The notes beneath the pieces are model-generated. The model worked only from the letters and a program-made list of their open reading frames with translations, made no database searches and was not told the DNA's origin. A DNA stretch of 64,000 nucleotides from Dimorphilus gyrociliatus (lineage: Eukaryota; Animalia; Annelida): positions 3,157,891 to 3,221,890 of the forward strand of contig CAJFCJ010000002.1 in the NCBI GenBank assembly GCA_904063045.1, in the 5' to 3' direction. The translations under genes were made by a program, and so were the position numbers. Positions 26,003 to 39,300 of this stretch are shown here, one piece after another (within the stretch, counting starts at the first letter, position 1; the number at the start of each line of letters is the position of its first letter).

Positions 26003-27554
26003 CTTATAGAGAAGTGACGTCGGCGAGGACGCTGTTCTTTGTTAGCTCAGATCGATCGAGCACTTCGATATCGAATGATAAGCTTAAAAAAAAAACCTGT
26101 TCAATATTTTGGCGAGATTCCAAATCGGAAATTGAAGAGGTTTATTTCAGTTTTGTTTATTTTTCCTTACTGTTCAAAACCAATTATTACAAAATGAAAA
26201 TGGAAACGAAATGTGTCGAAACGATCCAGTCTAATGAAGGATAAACAAATATCTTGTCTTTGAATATGTTCAATTGTTCAAACAGCGACGACTCGTAGGG
26301 TAAACTGGATTTCAATAAAAAGTTCATCAGAGCGGATACTATTTAAATATTTTATATTAAATCGGCTAATTAAAGCAGTCTCGGTCTTGAATCGATTTTT
26401 ATGTATGTCTTATTCTTTTTCCAGAACTGTTTCTAGCTAATTAGCTCTTGTCGTTTTACGGTTGAATAGTTTGTCTTTTATCACACAAAATGTTCCGTAA
26501 ATTGTAGGGATGCTTTTCTTCTCAAATGTTCTATAAACTGATTACTTATAAATGTTTGAAAATAGCAATAAATTAATAGTCCCGTATTTTTTTAAAGGAA
26601 TACGTCCATAGAGAGAATATTATCTTGAAGATACAGAGGATCTAGGCTTAACTGAAAGTAGAGATGAAAAAATTTCTAATGTAGTTTTAAGTGGAATATG
26701 TATATTTGCCTAATGATTACCTTTTAAGGAAGTTTGGCCTATGCTAGTCTCGAATTGGAAAGCTATTTGAAAGCAGGAGAGAAGGAAATTAATGTAGGAT
26801 AAGTAACAAATTCAATAACTTTGGTTTATAGTTTACAAATGAATACAATATGATGGTAAAATGATTTTCTTTCGAAATGTAAGTCTTTACTTCTATGGTA
26901 TCCATAAATTAATCTAAAATGATATATAATACTTATTAGAGTTTCTATTTCATTCTTCCGCCCAATAACTTCTTAAACATAACAATTAAATATAGACCAG
27001 GAGCAAAGAACCTCTAATTAGTTTAGCATAGCTAGAAATCTAGGATTAACTGTCACGATAGAGGCCTATAATGCTTTTTTATTACAAAAAAAAGAATAAA
27101 TTGTTTTTTTACTCTTATTAAGAGATGCAGGCCTAAAAGAAACCGAACTAGAGAAAAAGTATCTCCAATTTGTATTTTTTTTATCTTTAATTTTCATTTG
27201 TCTTTTTTTCCTTTTTTGCATAACAAGTTCTTTTAAAATTACAAGTATGCAGCAGTTAAAAACTGATGATAAATGATAAAAAATCTGAGAAACACGAATA
27301 TCTTTTGTTATTTTCTTTACATGGACTGACTATATATACATGTATATATAAAAGTGTATATATACACTTAATATACATAATATACAGTATATATAAATAG
27401 GAGAATAAGTATAGATATTTATATATATTTATATATACTGTAATTACATATATATATATAACAAAAAAGGACTTGTATACATACAGTATATGCAAAGTCT
27501 TGCCACAGTGAAATAGTACACCAAAACATTTCCTTTTGATCTTTTCAAACGTAT

Positions 27555-27558
<4 letters not shown>

Positions 27559-27586
<28 letters not shown>
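27559..27586. repeat. (TA)n microsatellite
   Basis: Direct reading. Confidence 0.95.
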
Positions 27587-27589
<3 letters not shown>

Positions 27590-27982
27590 CACATTTAAAA
27601 ATTCATTAGGTAGATTATACAGCACGTTTTTGAACAAGTTAAAGACTATATAATAAGTTCTAAGGATATTTTGGAGTAGAATCTATCAGATTGTATCTTC
27701 CAATATGTTCAAGAAAATTGAATTTTATTTATGTAATAAAAACTCAATAACTATTATTTTAAATCAATTAAAAATAAAAGTTATTTAAGAAATTAATAAA
27801 GAAAAACATATAGGCCTAATATGTAAATAGATTTTAATCGGATGCTTGCCCTTAAAAATGCTTTAGTAAGGTTAAAAATTAATAGAAAATATCTTATTTC
27901 TATCATTTTTAACATAAATTATTTACGAAAATAATAAACTGACTTTTACTCCAAAAGATAGAGAGGATAACAGTATAAAGGT

Positions 27983-28018
27983 GGGACGGGAACGGGAAGG
28001 GGTGGAAAAGAGGGCGGG
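27983..28018 (+). other. Canonical G-quadruplex-forming motif (C-rich on the GluN3-like mRNA strand)
   Basis: GGG-AC-GGG-AAC-GGG-AA-GGGG at 27983-28002 plus two more GGG runs to 28018, about 250 nt past the GluN3-like stop. Confidence 0.45.
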
Positions 28019-28268
28019 TGACCAAGTTTTGTGACAAGGTTTTTTTGATACACTGCATTTACAGTACTGTATTTGCAGTATACGTAACAAACACGAAGAG
28101 TATTTGCATAGATAAAAGAATATGAAGTGAATGAAATTGATGGTCAGAAAAGGATGTTTTTTTTTGCATCCAGCAAAAAATAGAGAAAGCCCGGATTTAC
28201 CGAGTTAATCAGTTTTAAAATATAGAAATAACTTGAAAAATTAAAAGGAATTCTCTTTTTATACACAA

Positions 28269-30313
28269 TCATAAGATATGCTCCTTTATGGCTAGCTGCT
28301 GCCGTAAGAAGTCATTGTCTTTCATTGCGGATTTTAATTGTTTATGCAGGTGACGTTCGGAAACTTTCCACATCTTGTAGATTTGTTCTTTACTTACACA
28401 GTCTAAATTAGGATTCTTCTCTTCCTCTAATGCTGCCTTTTGCTTCTCTCTTGCTTTTTTCCGATCCAAAATAGACAAACTTCCATTCGGTAACTGATTT
28501 AATCTTGTTTCAGAGCTGCTTTGAGTAGTGTCTAAGTTAAATTTTATAACAGATCGAGGAGAATGTGAAGGTGAGCCGGACCAACTGCGAACGCTGACGT
28601 CGTCAGCGCTGATAAAATATAAGTTGGGATCAAGTGGAGGTGGTGGTTGTGGAGGGGTAGCTATCTGTAGGCTATTGTCAGGTAAGAGCCTTTCCTCCTC
28701 TGCTGTATTTTGCTTTTGTTTTCGATACAAATCTCTCTTAATTTCCGCCGTTGTTTCTTGTGATCTATCTGAATCTGAATGTGCACTTGTTTGTTGAGAT
28801 AACCTTTCTTCCCTCCTTTGCTTCCACTGAAGTTGTTCTACAATATTGAATAAATTCTTTCTGTTCAGCACCAATTTCTCTTGTTTTCTAACTGACTTTT
28901 GGAAGAGTTTTGTAAAGTCTCGATTTTTCACAACCTCAATCATTTCCCTAGCTGAATGATGAGGAGATACTAGTTCCTCAGAAGTTACAATTCTATAGAG
29001 GCGCTGAGACCAGAACATCATTTTGTATGTCTTCCATAGGCTTTTTGAAGGTTTGCTTCTCCAATAAGGAACCATCCACTTAAAAATAGCATGCTCAAGC
29101 AACATTAAAAGAATACAGAGAACCATTCCTAATAAAAGAAGTAGATAGAGGCCGGCATGCTGATCCCATTCCATACTCTCAGGGCTTCCCTATAGGAGAA
29201 TAAAAATGATATTTACAATAATTGAAATATTTATTTTTTCCATAAAACGATAATCTTAATTTCTATATCAATCCCTTTGGAATAGGGAATTCTCTCTTGA
29301 TGTTTTGTTTTTGCATTTAAAATTTCTATCACTCCAGTGGCTTGAACAAGGAAGACAAACCTGTAAATGAAAGCCTTGTGGTGTTTCTGTGCATTGCATC
29401 TTCTTGAAGTACAAATCCCTTAAGCTCTCAATAAATCCATTCCTATGATATTCTACAATCTTCTCCGACAATTGATTCTGCATTATGAAAAACAAATGTA
29501 AACTGGTGTTATTTTTACTTCCCCTTGACATATTATGCTCCTCTTCTTTTTTACCCTATGGATTTAAAACTTACCTCTAGCCATGAGTTTTTTGGTAAGC
29601 CTATCGCATAAGCATCTTCAGCAAAGCCGTTACCAACAAGTTGTAATTGACATTTAGCATCAAAAATGCTTCGGGCATACTGTAATACTGGACTGTCGTC
29701 TAGGTATGCATCCAATGATTTATTTCTGGTGACAAATAATTTCTAGTTAGAAAAAAGAATATAAGGATCAGAATAATATTCTCGTGAGATGACTCGTTCG
29801 GTTAGGGTGAGAAAAATTTTTGTTAGCCACAAAAATTCGCAGGGATGGGTCATTTGGTCCCTATTGTGGTTTGTATTAGCAGGGACGTTGATTGGCCAAA
29901 TTTAATCACGTGATCTATTTGGCTCTAATAAGCTATTGATTAACAGTCTACTAACGTGGCTACTGGCCACCCTTTTGTTAGTAAAGACCTCCTATACGGT
30001 TGGCAAAACATTATATTGCTGCTATTTATTACGCAATTGCTCAAGAAAATAAACTCCAGAAGGATATTTGACCTTTCAACTGTTTTAAGATGGCTGAGAA
30101 TTCAATCAAAGAGTATTTCTTAAAGATATTAATTAAAGATTCCATACAATGGAAAGCTAGTTAATATAAGAAAACCATATACAGTAATAGGTTTGTTAAG
30201 AGGGAAAGAAAGAAAGTAAATAAGAGAAAGAGAGATACTTGCAGAATGTAAAGGACATATAGGGAAAAAGAGAAAGGAAGAGATTCATACACAGACAGTT
30301 AGATAGAGAGAAT

Positions 30314-30375
<62 letters not shown>

Positions 30376-33300
30376 AGGAGGGAGAGAGGGAGAGAAATAT
30401 AGGAGGAAAGAATGAAATATTAAAGGAGTGGGTGAAAGAGGGCTTATAGAAGAAAGGTAGGCATGAAGAACGATTCAGAAGATGGAATTCTTTTTATGCC
30501 TTTTACACTTAGAAATATGTTTTTTATAGGCTACATTCATAAGAAAACAAAAAAAAGCAGAAATAAGGTTCGACTAGCTTTGCTTAAGCAGTTTATAAAT
30601 AACCAGATCACGTAATCAATTTCAGAAAAAAATCTCTCTGCTTTTGCAGTGTCCTCCGGTACAAATTTTTTTGTAAAACTATAATAGTAATTAATGGATA
30701 ATAAATGATAAAAGATAAAAGATTTCTATGAGAGAATAGAAAAGAAATTGAAATGAGAAATGCAAAATAAAGGAACGAAAATTGATAGATGGAAAGAGGG
30801 AGAGGAAGAGGGAGAAAATTTTACTTGATTTAGCTATTTCTTCGAAAAATATTAAATATTAATAATTTAAATCAATTTAAATTTTTCATCTATAAAAAGA
30901 TATTGTGCAGTCAGCAAATTATCATGATTCTAAAAGAACATAAAGTATATAAGATTGTAGATATTCTTAACATTAGACAGAGAGCCATTATACAGGGATT
31001 TTTCTTATTTATTGCTACTGAGCAGCAGAACAGAACGTTTTGATAATCGAATTATTTACTAAATTATTATCTATGACACGAACTGATTATATTTATGAAA
31101 AATGAGTAAGAGTGAGATGAGAAAGGAATATCATTATTTACAGATCTAATGAAAGTGTAGTTTGGCTTTCTGATTTAAAATTATAATTTACATTAAACTA
31201 TAATACATTTGAAAAATGAAAAAGATAGGCATCTGGTAAAAAAAATTTAGCTGTATAAAGCAAAATTCTACTATCTAAAATTAAATTAGAGCTATGCATC
31301 TGGCAGATTGATAAATAATAATGGGAATAATAAGAGAGATTGGAAGTAAGTGGGGAAGAAGTAGTAGAGGAGGCAGACAGAGGTAGGTAGAGATAGAGAC
31401 AGACAGACAGGCAGAGCGATAGAGGGCAGTAACAGAAATTCAGATAGTGAAATATGGAATATATATTTATAAATATACATATATACTCTATATAGATGTG
31501 ATTCGGAATTTTTACTTGGACAGGACCTTATAATTTATATTTACTGTTATTCTGTTTATGATCTACACAAGGAAAAATAGAATTTTTGCATATTAGGAGA
31601 GTCCTAATAATTTGAATCAATCATTCATGATCACGGCCAAAATAAAACGTGACATTTCCTACCAAGTGTAAAGAAGTATTACTAAAATTCTTACTGAAGC
31701 CCTCCGCCAGTCCTTTCCTTTTTTTTTTAACTTAATTAAAAAAATCATCAGAACGTTTATAATAAAAAAAAATTAAATAATGTAAAAGCGAATTATTGTT
31801 TTCAAAGAACAATAGAAATGATAGTTGGACAAGAAGAAAATAAAGATTAATTACTTAGGGCAAATGGGTAGAACTTTTACAGGAATTAAATATGTACACA
31901 CAAGGATGGCTCTGTCTATAGACAATCTAATTGCAATGGGGAAAATGGTGTATATATTTCTTCTGATTAGTCTCTTATAGTACAATAAGTTGGAGTATGT
32001 ACGTCAATAATAGTTCGCCGAATCGAAACGAGCTCTTTTCTTTTGTAGGGTTTTATGCTAAAGAGTGTTTTATTTTGGGATTTTTTCCGCATAATAGGCA
32101 AGCTAGAGAGATAAAAAAGAGCTTTCCGTTAGAAGAAACCTCTTTGAATGGTATATAAGGAAAAATTATATTAGAGAGTCAAAAAGCGGATAACAGTTTG
32201 CTAAGGTCAATGAAATCTATGATAGCAGAATATATTAAATGTACTTACATAACCATTAGAACACCACTAGCACTGTCCGGTACCAGATTTCGTTTACTTT
32301 TCAAATAGACTTGCCTGTTGAGTTTTTCGATATAATTCAAAACAGAACTGGACTGCAAAGCACCAATGCTTCTGGACGGTTCGATCAACTGTAATCGAAA
32401 ATGTGAACTTAGTGATTTTTGCCCTTTTCTTGTTATTTAGCTCAACCTTTGTATCGTGAACACCGGATATAACAACATCCGAATTTTTGCCAGCCAGAAA
32501 GGCCGCTAAATTAGCCGTATAACTCGAATAAATAAAAATGGATGTGGAAGCCCAAAAATTCTGCAGAACCTTGGACGGCCAAGCCTTCGGACTTTTAGTT
32601 TTTATCGTATGCTGGAAGAGGATAGCAAAGACCATGTTCAAACCAGAACCTAGAAAAGCAAAATTAATGCAAAGTAAATTATAGAATATAATTTAATAAG
32701 GTGGGGAGAACTATCGTAAAAATGCCTGATTTAATAAAAAATCTTGCTATCTGGTGTATAACGCTATAAATAAGACGAACTAAGAGAGGTAACTAATAAT
32801 AGAGGAAAGAAAAATTCCTTTGAATAAAGAATATACCTAGCGTATAATTCGTCTTTCTCTTCCTCCCCCAGGGATTTAAGCCAAAGGGACTGTTCCATTC
32901 TAGAATAGATACGGAGATAGCAGCAATACTGGCGGATACAGCGATAGAAGACCAAACTATCCCGTCGAACGGCTCCATAAATGCATAGAGCGGGACACTT
33001 CTCTTTTTCTCGGCAACCAATATACTAAAACCGGAAAAGAAGTACGGATGAGTAAACTCTATAACCTCCGAACGCTCTTTGGTCACGCTCATAGCTCCAA
33101 CTGCCATGTGAGCTCGATTCCTCATCAGATCACCAACTAAACCGTTCCAACTTCCGTTCTCTTTACTGCCATATTTTGAATCCCCAGTTAAATATAATTC
33201 AACGTCGAAATGAAGATCTGTCGAGAGTCTTTCCAGTAGTTTGATAGATAGGCCACTGCAACAGCGTATTTCATAAGTATCGCTTCTCACTCTGCTCTTG

Positions 33301-36300
33301 TACTTTTCAAACATTTCTTCAATGCTGTTCAATGATAAGAGATCTATAGTTAGTTTACGCATTGTAAATAGAAATTCTTTTAAACGACAAACAACTATGC
33401 GTCGTTAAGAATGGAAAACGTATGAGGATTGATAAACCCCTGAAGATCAATTTAATGGTTTACGTGTAGATGAAAAGTTGTTAGCGAATTTTTACAAAAA
33501 TAATTATGTGGTCATCTTTAAAGCTATTTTACCTTCTATCGTCAATAAAACCTAACGGTTTAAGGCATACAAATGAATTTTCACAATGGCCATCTTCAGA
33601 TGGAGCATCCATAACAAATGGTCCAGCTGGTGTAGCTGTAACCCGAAGACGTCTTCTACCCTTTTTCCAAGGTCCTGCTGTGATTGTATTCCCTGGCCAG
33701 ACGATTGTTGATAATCGATGTCGATTGTTGTCGTAGTAACCGATTTTTCTCCATTTCTTATCAGTTTCGTTAATTGCTTGCAGATTATAGAAGTTGTAGG
33801 AAGAATGAATATACCGTCCGTAGTAATCGAATTTTGAGGAGGATTTTAGGAAGCTGTCAAGGTAATTTACACGTAGAGTATGATACTTTATCTATACTAC
33901 AAAATATTATTGAATCTCTCTTCCTCTCTCTCTCTCTCTGATGTGAAGTTTTAGTGAAGATGTCAGATTAATGGGAGTATTAAAGGGAAATGAGTTTGCA
34001 GGGAATATATAATACAAATATATACAAATATAGCCTGTGCTTGCTATTTAAATAAATACATATTATTGAAATTATTATAAAAAGAAATAGTATAAACTGA
34101 CAAGCATTTCAAATATAATTTGATAGCTAAAATATCTCAAGCAAAGTATGGAATAAGTGGACTTGTTGCTCTTTATAAAAGAGTGATAAATCATAAGATA
34201 CGCACAAATGAATTATTATTTATTTAATTAAAGGCCACTTTTTTTACATTTAATTAATTAATAAATTAATTATATACATTTTAATAAAAGTGTTTTTTCT
34301 TTATAATTAACAAAATAGTATTCAAAAGATACCATTCTACGTGAAGATGTATATAGTATACTCTTTATACAAGCTTTTACATGCAAGTACCAATTCTTCA
34401 TCTCTAAAGAACTTATTGAAATTTACATGGTTAACTAATGAAAATGGAAAAAAAACTGTCCTAACTGATGAAGAGGGAGCTATTTCTCTGCTTTACCAGC
34501 TCTATTTATAAATACATTATATACTATAAAGTGTAAACCGTGTTTGATTAGTTTTTGAAGAAGAGAAGGAAAAAGAGAGTTTAATATAAAATACACAAAA
34601 ATTTTTAACGCAAACAAATGTTGATTAATTTTGATACTTTAGATGAAAACTCTAAATATGTATTTTATTATGATTCATAATATTACTACTTTTTTTATTC
34701 TTCTGTTTTAAATTAAGTTTATCTTCTCTGTTTGTCTTTCTAGAGAGTCTGCGTAATTAAAATTACTCTTTTAAGACGATGAAAAAGAAAACGATTCTTG
34801 GTAATAGAGACTTATTAACCATTAATAGGATAGAACAGAAAGATTTCACCAAGAAAACGCTGAAGAGATTTAAATAGAAAACAAACGACTGGCAAATCTA
34901 CCAATAAAACAACACAGATGAGAGAATGTAGAGTGGTCATTAAAATTTTGTGACGGTTTAACAATCGACGTTCCTTAATACTTATGGAAGTTGAGAAAGT
35001 AATATTATCTAATTAAGTAGTTATCTTACATTATTACATAGCGATAGCTATACAATACATCATTTAGAATATAGTGGTATTTTGAAAGTAATTAGTGCCT
35101 GAAATAATTAAACTGTAAGAGAGGACGAGAAAAAGAAGGAGGGAGGGAGAGGGAAGAAGGAAAGAAGAGAGGAAGAGGAGGATGGAGATATAAAATAGAT
35201 TTTTTTCTATTAAATTTATCTCGAGATTTTTCTTAATCATGTTTAGAATTTTTGGAGGAAATGAAGAAAAAAGTTCACAATACAATTATTGAGATTATAG
35301 AATTATACCTGCGAAATGTTTATTATGTAAAATTATTACCAATTTCCTCGTTGATAAAGTCTAATCAACTCATCAGATATAATAGTATTAGAGAGAAAAA
35401 AACACCGAAAAGATGATCAATAAAAACTTGAAGCCTTTTAGGTTTATTTTTAAATTGTAAGCTCAGCCCTTCTTTTCAACTAGAACTTGGACAATTTAGA
35501 AAGAAATGGAGGCATTTAGAATAGTTTGATAATTTAAATATCATTGAAAAGAAAATAGCAATATCCTTGAGTTCAATGAAAATTGATTTAAGACAAAAAA
35601 ATTGCTTTAATGTAACTTTGTTAGTTAGATGTCTTTTAATCAAGTCACTCTTTAGAAAGGGAATGAAGAAAGAAGGACTTTCCTATGCGATCCTATTAAT
35701 AGAGTATGATAAGTATATAAGTACATGAAAATATCAATTTCATGGGAAATTCGTGTGCATGAATGAATATTTGTTATTATTCTCCATATTGTTGTTACTT
35801 GTGCATACGGTGGAATTGTACGTGTATTTAATAAAGACAATTTTTGTAGGGGAAGCGAGCCGTATAGATTCAATTTCGTTTCTTTGACACGTCTTTCATG
35901 GGTGAGGATTTGGAAATCAATAAGCCGAATGCTCTTTTGGATTAACTTTCTAGAAAAAAAGAATTAATCTTGATTATATGGTGTCCAGCGTAAATATAAC
36001 CGCGAGGGAGGGCTTTTTATCATCTGCTTCTAGCATTTTATTTCATGGAATTAAAGTAATCTTCTAGAATAGATAAGAAATACTTGAAAAAGAGTATACA
36101 AGGGTAAATATCTGTACGTGTGTATATATTCGAAAGAAAGGAATGAGAAAAGAGAAAGAAAAGTTGATAAAAGAGCTTGTTAGGAAAAACGTTTCCAACC
36201 TTTAAAACGTAGTTGTTTTCATCATTCTAGTCGTAAAAATATCCAACTACCAATTAACAGTTTGGGAAAGGGCGAAAAAACACACGAGAAAATAGGACTG

Positions 36301-39300
36301 AAAGTGGTTTTTTAGGGCTAAGTCGTGGTTTGCTAGAGGGATGGAGAAAGAATCGTCTGGTGTATAACGGGGTCACTATGGCAACCAGTAGAAAGTGGAG
36401 AAAATGACATTTTCTTAAAAGCTACAAAGTGCTGGAGCAAAGTCTGTAAAGCGCTTTTCTTGTTTTTCTTTTTCACCTTTTCATATCATTTTTTCAACAA
36501 GAAATATTATCTTTTAGTAAAAATTTTATATTTAATATTCTCCTAGATGATCTTCTAGCGGAAATCCTGAACAACTTTTCCCCTTGACGAGTGTATGTTT
36601 GTTCCTATTATTGGTCTTTTCTAGTTAAGAATGTTGTTGTAAAAATTCATTTTCGTTCGCTTTCTTGCTAAATCAGACTATAGAAGGGGACGGAACCCGT
36701 ATTCCGCAGTAAATGAGGCGGAAAGGAGTCACGGCCGCAATGACTGCAACGTCAGAAGCGGCTAAGCGATATGCTTATAGAACTCTAATCCGTCGGATCA
36801 TCCCTCGTCGATATTTGCAGAATTTAATTTTCGTAGTCGATAGGGAGTATTTATTTTTGGACCAACTATGAGAATAGAATGTATACACTTATCTCACTCT
36901 TCCTATCTTTTGAAATCGTAACTCTCTTCTACAAAAGTATAACTGGGAAACGATAAAGTAGCTGAAAGGAAAAAAGGGAAAATACACACACACACACACT
37001 TACTCTCTCTCTTTAAGCTCTACGTTCGTTTAATCTATCAATTAAAATTCTAAATAAAGTAATAAATAATGTTTTACATCAATCTATATTAAGTTTAATA
37101 TTGTTATTGTATATTTTCATTAATTTATGCCAATTATTGGACATTTATGACTGTGAACTTGTGGGGAGAAAATATTCTAAGTGTACTTTTTTTGTATTGT
37201 TACCACTTTTGTAGGTAAATGGCAAATTACCTTATAGATTAATTCAGAGGTGACATTTAGGCTGTGTAAAATCATTCTTTAGAATTTTTATAGTCAATAT
37301 TTGCCTCCGGTAATTTTCTAGACTGGTTGATAATGCAAAATGGATTTTATTTTTAAATTTACTCCTCTTTTAAATAAGTTTTTCCTTTCTATCTCTCATC
37401 CTTAATTCTGTTTATTAAACTTTGAAGAAATCTGCATAATTAATTCAAAATTTACTATATTTGAGAAGAGTTAACAATAGATAAATAGTATCAACTGTTT
37501 TCATTTTATATATAGACGACCCTGTTTTATAGTTTATCTATTAATCGTTGGAATAGACAATATCGGAAAACTATACCAGATTTTATTGCTTTTACAATAA
37601 TTTTTAAGAGCTAATGGTCCGTTTAAAAGTTGTATCCTTAAGAACATACTTTTTTAATGCTATTATCTCTTATTTGCCAAAATCTTATCAATTTTCCATC
37701 TCACTTTTAGGGTTTAGAAGAATTCTTTATAATTATCATTTTTTAATATTATACGTATTAAATACGTATTCTACTTTCTCTTTTCACTGTCATTTTTCAA
37801 CGAAATATTTTATTGGACAGTGTAAATTTCTACAAATTAGGGCATATATTGGTGTAAGCTAATCAATAACTCTCATTACAAATGGCATTTTTCGTAAAAT
37901 TCATTCGGTAATTTGCATTGAAGCGTTACCCTTCTGTTTCTGTAAATAGAATGGAAACGATATTTGGCAACTTTGATCAGATCCTATTCGGAATTCTTTT
38001 TGGCATAGAATGAATAGAGAGATAGCGAGAACACAAATAAGAAAAGATAGCTTTGTACAATTCATCCAGGATATAAATAGACTATATAGAAATATATGTT
38101 ATATAATATTCACTTAAAAAATTGATCAAGAATAAATAGATATATTTATAGTCATTATAAATTATTTAAAGCGTTTTTTAAAACGAAAAGTACTAAATAT
38201 ATCATATATATGAATGAAATTAGCGTATTCTACTCCTGTAGCACTTATTGAGGACACTCATATGGTAACTAAACGCTTCTTAAGCGGAATTTTATCCGAT
38301 TTTTACTAGAGCAAATCTTATAAGAATAACGATAATATTTCATAAGTAAAAACCTCTACGCTTTTCTCGAATTTCTCTTCATTTGTTGCTATTGCAAGCC
38401 TATCATAGCAGTTAATGAATTAGTTACAAAACTAAAATGAAATATGCTAAAGTATAATTATACGATGGCATTCAATCAATCATTACGATGATCTTTATTG
38501 TTATTCGTATATACAGTATACATATACCGTATATGTATAAGTGAAATCCAACTGGAAAAGGATTGAAATTTAGAAAAATGTTATCAGAATATAAGAAGAT
38601 TAAGTCAAGCGCCAAGTACTTTAAGATTGACTTTTATTTATGGACTAAAAGGTACAAAAAAGCATTAAATTCTTACAAAAGAAGTAGATGGATAGATGGA
38701 GAAAAAAATGTTTCTTGGTGGGAATATATTAAAAAAAAACAGAAAATTTATATATGTGTACTTTAAAAATCTTTTTATATTATTCTTCCGTTTAATAGAA
38801 TTAGAAGAATGGAGAACGAGATTAAAATTTTCTATATCTATTATTAAAGGGAAAAAAAAGGTGAGCAAATAGGACTATTGCTTATATTATAATCTTATTA
38901 TCTCTTGCAACTTTCTTCCTGTCTGATCGGAGAATATGTATTGATGGGACCGTAGAAAAATAAAGTTCTCACACACACACACACACATCTCTCTCTCTCT
39001 CTGACACTAGCTTTTATTTTTAGTCATTACAGCTTTGATGGTGTTAGATGAAAAAAAATGATTTGAATATTGCATATTTATAACGAATTTAATTAACAGT
39101 TATTTTGATAAATCTATTGAGTGTAAATTAACTATTATCGGATTGACAGTATTTTTGATCATGGAATAACTCAAACATTCTATCTAATGATTAAATTAAG
39201 AGAACTAAAAGAACTTAGACTAACCTGTACAATTTCAATTTACTGGAATACTGAAAATTACCAGAGCACGTTGCCTTATCATCGGTTAAGTGCGATCCCC

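Noticed and set aside
36713-36871. 52-aa plus-strand ORF in a GC-richer intronic island
   Set aside because: No homology signal or supporting splice context; more likely regulatory DNA.
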